Shown piece after piece: positions 58,308 to 64,000 of a DNA stretch of 64,000 nt; the first letter of the stretch is position 1, and each line of letters begins with the position of its first letter. This DNA is from Patescibacteria group bacterium. GTDB lineage: Bacteria; Patescibacteriota; Patescibacteriia; Patescibacteriales; UBA12465. Under the pieces are notes generated by a model. The model saw nothing but the letters and a program-made list of their open reading frames with translations, had not been told where the DNA came from and did no database searches. The stretch covers positions 2,335 to 66,334 of the forward strand of contig JBBRSQ010000001.1 in assembly GCA_038245255.1 (NCBI GenBank). Direction: 5' to 3'. The translations under genes were made by a program, and so were the position numbers.

Positions 58308-59591
58308 TTACAATTTATAAATCTTCTCGTCTCCGCTCAGCATATCTTTAATTTTATAGCTTTTTTTAGTCTCTTCATCGCTACCTAAAATTATAACTTT
58401 AGTGATCTTCTTTTTGTTCGCCAATTCCAAAGCTTTACCCATTTTCTGTGAATCAAGTCCAAGAAGAATATTAAAGCCTTCACCCCGTAATTTCTGCGCC
58501 AATTTATTTTGCTGCATCTGAAGCGAAATATCTAGAAGTGGTAAATAATATTTTTCAGTTTGTAAATCAGTAATTTTAGAAATCAGATTCCAACTCTCTA
58601 AAAATAATCTAGTCGTTTCATCTCCCGGCGCAAAACCGACTGCCGGAAAATTCTTTTCACCAAAAATTTCAGCGAGACCATTGTAGCGTCCGCCGCCAAA
58701 CATGGCTCGCTTATTTTCCGGATTTTTATCAAAAACCTCGAAAACCATGCCGTCATAATAATCAAAACCACGAATTACTGCCGGATTAAATTCAATTAAG
58801 TCAGCATAACCTAATTCTGTAAGTGAATTAATAATTTCCATTAGCTCTAAGTATGGCTCCTTCAACTCCGGCGTATCAATTATTAAATCTTTCAAACCGG
58901 CATAACTAGTGCCGGACATAAAGAAAATAATTTTCTCAAGTTCTCCTTCTTTTACTCCCAAACCGATTAAACGCTCCTTAAACTCTTCTTTACTTAATTT
59001 ATTATATTTATCTAAAATACGAATAAACTCGACTTTATTTTTAATATCTATTTTCATCATTTTAAAAACGCCTTCAAGTAGACTTCGACTATTTAAACCT
59101 AAGATAAAAGAATTTTTCGGTGGCTTAAATTCCAACATTAAATCAAGCGCCAATTGTAATATTTCGATATCAGAGGCACTAGTGTTGCTGCCAAAAATAT
59201 CACAATTAAGTTGCCAAAATTCACGATTACGGCCTCGCTGTGGTTTTTCATTGCGCATAAAATTGGCAATCGAAAAATATTTCAGGGGCTTTGGGCTTGA
59301 TGCATAAACCTTGGTAACCATACGTGTAACAGATGGCGTCATTTCTGGGCGTATCGATAATTCTCTTCCTCCTAAATCCGTAAAAGTCACCAGCTCTTTC
59401 CCGCCGATATCTTCACCCGATTTTGCTCGATATATATCTGCACTTTCAACGAGCGGGGTTAAGTATTCTTCGAAGCCGTAACGTAAACAAACTCGACGCC
59501 AGGTATCAAATATATACTTTCTTATTAAAAACTCTTCCGGAAGCCAGTCCCGGGTACCTTTTGGCTCTTGGTTGGATAATTTTTTATTCAT
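58308..59591 (-). CDS. hisS: Histidine--tRNA ligase
   Basis: KGTRD, RPEMT, RNEKPQRGRNREF, RGFDYY, GGGRY. Confidence 0.97.
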   Translation of the reverse strand: MNKKLSNQEPKGTRDWLPEEFLIRKYIFDTWRRVCLRYGFEEYLTPLVESADIYRAKSGEDIGGKELVTFTDLGGRELSIRPEMTPSVTRMVTKVYASSPKPLKYFSIANFMRNEKPQRGRNREFWQLNCDIFGSNTSASDIEILQLALDLMLEFKPPKNSFILGLNSRSLLEGVFKMMKIDIKNKVEFIRILDKYNKLSKEEFKERLIGLGVKEGELEKIIFFMSGTSYAGLKDLIIDTPELKEPYLELMEIINSLTELGYADLIEFNPAVIRGFDYYDGMVFEVFDKNPENKRAMFGGGRYNGLAEIFGEKNFPAVGFAPGDETTRLFLESWNLISKITDLQTEKYYLPLLDISLQMQQNKLAQKLRGEGFNILLGLDSQKMGKALELANKKKITKVIILGSDEETKKSYKIKDMLSGDEKIYKL

Positions 59592-59749
59592 GTTTATATT
59601 TTACTATTTCCTATTTTTTTTGGCAAATAAGAGAATAAATACAATTAATTGATTTGCCAATAAATATAATTATTTTTTAGATTTTATTTAGATTTTTTTC
59701 ATCTGTTAAATAATATAATATAGCTATAAATTAACTAACATTAAAATTT

Positions 59750-60430
59750 ATGAAAATTTTGATTATTGATGACGAAACTTCAATCGTCGAATTCCTTAAA
59801 CAGGGTCTTGAGGCAAAATTATTTAGCGTTGAGACGGCTGCCGATGGCGAACGAGGAGCATTTTTAGGTCGTACGGGAAATTATGACTTAATTATTCTCG
59901 ACTATGTTCTGCCAAAATTAAATGGGCCAGAAGTCTTAAAAGAGATACGCAGTGAAAAGAAACATATTCCCGTTATTATGTTAACTGTTAAATCTGAAAT
60001 TCAAACAAAAGCTGAGGCTTTTAATTTAGGGGCTGACGATTACTTAACTAAACCATTCTTATTTGATGAACTATTAATGCGTATTAATGCGATTTTAAAA
60101 AGACCAATTAAATCAGAAGGTGAATTATTTAAAATTGATAATCTAACTTTTAGTACCAGAACGAAACTTATTAAACGCAACAGCAAAGAGATTTACTTAA
60201 CGAGGCGTGAATTTAGCCTGCTTGAATACCTTCTTAAAAATCGCGGACAAATAGTTTCTCGCCAACAACTTCTTGAACATGTCTGGGACTATAACGCCGA
60301 TCCCTTTTCAAACTCTATCGAATCACATATCGCTAGCTTGCGCCGTAAACTTAATCAAAATAAAAACCGCAACCTTATTCATACTTTTAACGGTCGCGGT
60401 TATAAATTAGCCTTGAATAAATTAGGTTAA
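59750..60430 (+). CDS. OmpR/PhoB-family response regulator (no adjacent kinase)
   Basis: DDE, LD..LP, GADDYLTKPF, LTRREF, LRRKL, GRGY. Confidence 0.95.
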   Translation: MKILIIDDETSIVEFLKQGLEAKLFSVETAADGERGAFLGRTGNYDLIILDYVLPKLNGPEVLKEIRSEKKHIPVIMLTVKSEIQTKAEAFNLGADDYLTKPFLFDELLMRINAILKRPIKSEGELFKIDNLTFSTRTKLIKRNSKEIYLTRREFSLLEYLLKNRGQIVSRQQLLEHVWDYNADPFSNSIESHIASLRRKLNQNKNRNLIHTFNGRGYKLALNKLG

Positions 60431-60440
60431 AGAAGTTAGC

Positions 60441-61613
60441 TTAAAGAAATTTTCGGCCCTTCAGTTTTTCCGGTAAATACTCTTGGCCACTGTCGTCTTC
60501 TAGGGGTGTGTACTTATAGTCTTTACCATAACCAATTTCCTTCATAAATTTTGTGGGCGCGTTACGCAACCAGAGCGGAACCGGTAAATTGCCAGAACTG
60601 GCAACTTCAGCTTTGGCTTTTTCATATGCTTGATAAGCGCTAATACTTTTGGGCGACTTAGCTAAATATATTACACAATGCGCTAAATTCACGCCGCATT
60701 CCGGCAGACCTATTTTTTGACAGGCATCGTAAGTAGCCGTCGCTAACATTAGGGCGCTGTTATTAGCCAGACCAATATCTTCACTAGCAAATCTGATTAA
60801 GCGACGCGAAATATATAAAGGGTCTTCCCCGGCTTCAAGCATTCGACTTAAATAATAAACAGCGGCGTCGGCCTTACCGCCACGCATGGACTTATGGAGA
60901 GCGGAAATTATATTATAATGTTCCTCACCTTTTTTGTCATAGAGTAAATTTGGCTTACTGATTATTTCTTTAATCAAATCAACACTAAGCTTACGTTGAC
61001 TTTCAATTGCGCTTTCAAGAATATTTAAAGCTTTGCGCGCATCTCCGTTTGCTAGCGTTGAAATTAAGCCACTGACTTCAGTGCTAATTTTAGTTTTTAA
61101 ATCTTTGGCAGCATGATTAATGATCAGTTCTAAGTCAGCAATACTTAAAGCTTCAAGAATTATAACTTTAACACGCGAAAGTAAAGCGCCATTAACAGCA
61201 AAGCTGGGATTTTCGGTTGTCGCTCCAATTAAAGTTATGGTTCCATTTTCAACCTGAGGCAAAAGTGCGTCTTGCTGGGCCTTGTTCCAGCGATGAATTT
61301 CATCTATAAATAAAATAGTTTTTGTTCCCAGGCGCTTACTTTCTTTAGCGCGTTCAACTATTATTTTTAAATCTTTAATTCCACTTGAAGTCGCGCTAAG
61401 TTCATGAAACTCAGATTTAGTTTCTTTGGCAATTATAAAAGCCAGAGTTGTTTTTCCAGTCCCTGGCGGACCCCAAAAAACTAAGGACGGAACTTTATCA
61501 TTTTTTATTGCCTGATAAAGCCAAGTCTTTTCACCAATGCTTTTATTTTGTCCAACGAATTCGTTAAGGTTTTTAGGCCGAAAATAAGTCGCTAAAGGAA
61601 TATCTTTTAACAT
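60441..61613 (-). CDS. rarA: Replication-associated recombination protein A
   Basis: WGPPGTGKTT, DEIHR, GATTENP, SALHKSMRG, SEDIGLA. Confidence 0.96.
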   Translation of the reverse strand: MLKDIPLATYFRPKNLNEFVGQNKSIGEKTWLYQAIKNDKVPSLVFWGPPGTGKTTLAFIIAKETKSEFHELSATSSGIKDLKIIVERAKESKRLGTKTILFIDEIHRWNKAQQDALLPQVENGTITLIGATTENPSFAVNGALLSRVKVIILEALSIADLELIINHAAKDLKTKISTEVSGLISTLANGDARKALNILESAIESQRKLSVDLIKEIISKPNLLYDKKGEEHYNIISALHKSMRGGKADAAVYYLSRMLEAGEDPLYISRRLIRFASEDIGLANNSALMLATATYDACQKIGLPECGVNLAHCVIYLAKSPKSISAYQAYEKAKAEVASSGNLPVPLWLRNAPTKFMKEIGYGKDYKYTPLEDDSGQEYLPEKLKGRKFL

Positions 61614-61653
61614 AATATCAATATTTTACACTATTTAGAGCTTAAATAGTACG

Positions 61654-61738
61654 TTGACTAATTATAAAAAATATGGTATAATAATATTAGATACGATTTT
61701 TAAGAATTTAAAAATAATATATAAACGAACCTTAAAAA
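61654..61738 (+). promoter_or_regulatory. Promoter plus boxA-like leader of orphan cassette E
   Basis: TTGACT, 17 nt, (TG)TATAAT; GAACCTTAAAAA at 61727. Confidence 0.65.
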
Positions 61739-61746
61739 AATAAATC

Positions 61747-61950
61747 ATGAGCGAAAATAAAATTTGGCTTCTAATTGGACTAATCTTTTTTGCCGCGGCA
61801 GCAGTTACTTGCGCAATCATTCTCTATAAATTTCTGCGCGACCCAAAAAAGCCAGAAGAAGAAAAAATAGAAGAAGAGCCATCCGAAGAAGATAAAAAAA
61901 TCCAGGCAATTCATCTTGCCCTAACAACCCCCGGCTTCTGGCCACTTTAA
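61747..61950 (+). CDS. Small single-TM protein with acidic tail (orphan cassette E)
   Basis: 67-aa ORF; terminator at 61969-61996. Confidence 0.65.
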   Translation: MSENKIWLLIGLIFFAAAAVTCAIILYKFLRDPKKPEEEKIEEEPSEEDKKIQAIHLALTTPGFWPL

Positions 61951-62018
61951 AAACAATTAGAAAAAAATAAAGCCCCAAAAAAATCGGGGCTTTTTTATTA
62001 GTAAAATCATTGTTTCTT

Positions 62019-62687
62019 TTATTTCTTTTTTTTCTTTTCTTCCATAAATAAATAATAAGAATAGAAAGACAAAACGAGCGCTATTAATGCGATGGCTATA
62101 ACAAATAAAATAATTTTAAATTTTTCCGTTACTAAAACTGTCGCCGCTATTAATAAGCCGGCTAGAGGCATAATGAAACCACCTAATTTATGGGTCTTAT
62201 TCCAAACAGCCTCCGAAGACAAAGTCCACGGAGTTCGTATTCCTAAAAACCAATTCATTTTTACTTTTCGAAGTAGTAATCCTAAAAAAATAAACAAGGC
62301 GCCGAGCATTAGGGCAATATAAAAACCAATATCAATCTTATTACCCAAGCTACTCAGACTAGTTAAAAGAAAAATGGCAAATAAAAAAGTGATAAGCAAA
62401 TCTCTAAGTTTATGATACACGCTAGAAAAACTAGCGTACTGATCTTTTTTAGGATCAAAGTAAGGTAAAAAGTAAAAAAGAATATACATCCCCAGCAGCA
62501 AAAAAGGAATTAAAAAGGCCGCGGCGAAGGGGCTGCTGTAACCATTAACCTCGCCATTAAGACCCCAATGCGTCGCTACCTGGGCAGGAAAAACTTGGTA
62601 AAGATAGAAGGCTGCAAGAAAACTCAGAATTAGTAAACTCAGAGAAAACCATTCCGTTTTAAAGCTTATTTTAATAGGATTAGACAT
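62019..62687 (-). CDS. SdpI/DUF1648 family membrane protein
   Basis: THWGLNGEVNGY, NWFLGIRTPWTL, WNKTH. Confidence 0.9.
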   Translation of the reverse strand: MSNPIKISFKTEWFSLSLLILSFLAAFYLYQVFPAQVATHWGLNGEVNGYSSPFAAAFLIPFLLLGMYILFYFLPYFDPKKDQYASFSSVYHKLRDLLITFLFAIFLLTSLSSLGNKIDIGFYIALMLGALFIFLGLLLRKVKMNWFLGIRTPWTLSSEAVWNKTHKLGGFIMPLAGLLIAATVLVTEKFKIILFVIAIALIALVLSFYSYYLFMEEKKKKK

Positions 62688-62791
62688 GAATTTATCATTA
62701 GATATTTACTATTATATCATATTTTTCGATAAAAGTCAATGTTTTAGTCAATAAAAAAGGCGTCCCTGAGGTCGCCTTAATACATTTACTT

Positions 62792-63106
62792 TTAAACTTC
62801 TTCAAGAATACATTTGGTTGGAGCCTCTTTAACGGCGATTAAAATGTCGTTAAGATTTTTCCAGTTAAAAAGAAGGTCATCGTCGATGCTAATGCTTAAC
62901 TCTTCTTCAATGCTAAGCACTGCGTCGGCTAATCTAATTTCATTAAAACACAAATGACCTTGTTTTTCATCAGCTAGGCCGATGTCGGTTAATTTAGTTT
63001 CTGGATTTAATTTTTTTTTCAAAAAATCATCATGTAGTTGCGCCTTTATTTCGCGATAAATAAGCGCCAGTAGTTCATTGTCGTTCAATTTCATTCTTTT
63101 AGGCAT
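62792..63106 (-). CDS. Acyl-carrier-protein-like protein lacking the DSL serine (orphan cassette F)
   Basis: PETKLTDIGL...VLSIEEELSISIDDD...NLNDI; terminator at 62753-62778. Confidence 0.6.
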   Translation of the reverse strand: MPKRMKLNDNELLALIYREIKAQLHDDFLKKKLNPETKLTDIGLADEKQGHLCFNEIRLADAVLSIEEELSISIDDDLLFNWKNLNDILIAVKEAPTKCILEEV

Positions 63107-63139
63107 CGTGCTCTTTAGTTTTTGGTTTTCAGTAAATTA

Positions 63140-63191
63140 TTTTAAAAGATCTATTATAGGTTATTTTACTACTTTTAGATATATTTGTCAA
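63140..63191 (-). promoter_or_regulatory. Promoter plus boxA-like leader of orphan cassette F
   Basis: Minus strand TTGACA (63191-86), 17 nt, TAAAAT (63168-63); GATCTTTTAAAA (63151-40). Confidence 0.6.
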
Positions 63192-63241
63192 TATAACCGC
63201 ATTTCACGCTTATAAAAATTTTTAGGTAGTTACTATTAAAT

Positions 63242-63727
63242 TTAGATATTCAAATACCAAATTGCATAGTTTAAAATAGCAGCAAATGTCACCCAAACAA
63301 TATAAGGAATTAATAAATAAGCAGCCGTTTTCTTAATCTGATAAAAGTAATATATATTAACAAAAATCATTGACCATAAAGATACTATTGCATAAAAAGC
63401 CAGTGATGGTTCTTTGCTGTAGAAAAAAAGAAAAGACCAATACATGTTCAAGAAAAGCTGAGAACCAAAGCTTATACAGGCCGCTCGATAATTTTTGCTA
63501 TCTTTCCCCTCTTTTAGAATCAGGAAAAAAGCGACTCCCATTAGTATAAAAAGCAAAGTCCAAACCGGCGCAAATAGCCAATTCGGCGGATTAAAAGATG
63601 GCTTAATTAAAGACGGATACCAGGTCTTTAAGGCGGGAGTAGTTAGCAGTGATCCCAAGTAACCAATAATAAGCGGGATAGTCACGGAAAAAATTAAAAG
63701 CCAAAATCTCTTTATTTTTATGTTCAT
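63242..63727 (-). CDS. tspO: TspO/MBR tryptophan-rich sensory protein
   Basis: WYPSLIKPSFNPPNWLFAPVW, LLIPYIVWVTFA. Confidence 0.93.
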   Translation of the reverse strand: MNIKIKRFWLLIFSVTIPLIIGYLGSLLTTPALKTWYPSLIKPSFNPPNWLFAPVWTLLFILMGVAFFLILKEGKDSKNYRAACISFGSQLFLNMYWSFLFFYSKEPSLAFYAIVSLWSMIFVNIYYFYQIKKTAAYLLIPYIVWVTFAAILNYAIWYLNI

Positions 63728-63876
63728 AGTTTTCTACTATAAATAAGTATTTTAATTTTAGCATAAAACTAAAAAAATGTTAAAAAAAGCAGCCCTAGAG
63801 TTTAGAGCTGCCTTAAGAGAGTGTTACGAAAAAAAATATATTGTTATAACCTTAATTAATCTTGTTTATTATTTTC

Positions 63877-63999
63877 TTAGTCAACATCGACATGTCCCTT
63901 GCCTTTGTCAAATCCTAGTTCCGTCATTATAGTATTTGCCTGCATTCTTAATTGATAAGCTTGAACATACTTAGCAAAGTTGCCACTATTTATTTTTTT
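63877..63999 (-). CDS. 3' end of a hypothetical protein (runs off window end)
   Basis: Open frame KKINSGNFAKYVQAYQLRMQANTIMTELGFDKGKGHVDVD*, followed by hairpin at 63782-63814. Confidence 0.5.
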   Translation of the reverse strand, partial: KKINSGNFAKYVQAYQLRMQANTIMTELGFDKGKGHVDVD

Positions 64000-64000
64000 A

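Noticed and set aside
1281-62322. Many short antisense or alternate-frame ORFs in the track (e.g. 2542, 5207, 8072, 17117, 40441, 58909)
   Set aside because: They overlap well-supported housekeeping genes and show no motifs; shadow ORFs.
1-64000. CRISPR array, rRNA, prophage, or recoded TGA (code 25)
   Set aside because: I saw no spaced direct repeats, rRNA motifs or phage structural genes; core genes are intact under code 11 and TGA ends cysS.

Overview
AT-rich bacterial chromosome segment read with the standard code (TGA is used as a stop). Most genes lie on the minus strand and I saw no clear Shine-Dalgarno motifs. Gene content and style (secE-nusG-rplK-rplA without rplJL, half-length TsaB, pyruvate kinase without its C-terminal domain, DUF4012-like and sigma4/HARE-HTH proteins) point to a Patescibacteria/CPR (Parcubacteria-like) organism; this placement is inference. 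Most of the window is housekeeping: translation and tRNA modification, mraZ-rsmH-ftsL-PBP-murF, rfbD/rfbA, glycolysis, iscS-iscU, and a group A [FeFe]-hydrogenase with a minimal NuoF-like partner. The standout feature is a 3678-bp island (50494-54171) just downstream of a tRNA-Leu(CAG). It is bounded by 356-bp inverted repeats with only 2 mismatches; the repeats are GC-rich and rich in hairpins. It encodes no recombinase and carries an AT-rich four-gene operon: thymidylate-synthase-like, QueC-like, CYTH triphosphatase and archaeal-type NMP kinase. This is a candidate undescribed nucleotide-modification or defence system. A second pattern is six stand-alone ORFan 'cassettes', each with a near-consensus sigma70 promoter, a boxA-like leader motif and its own terminator; two encode apparent pseudo-enzymes. 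All assignments come from reading motifs by eye, with no database searches.
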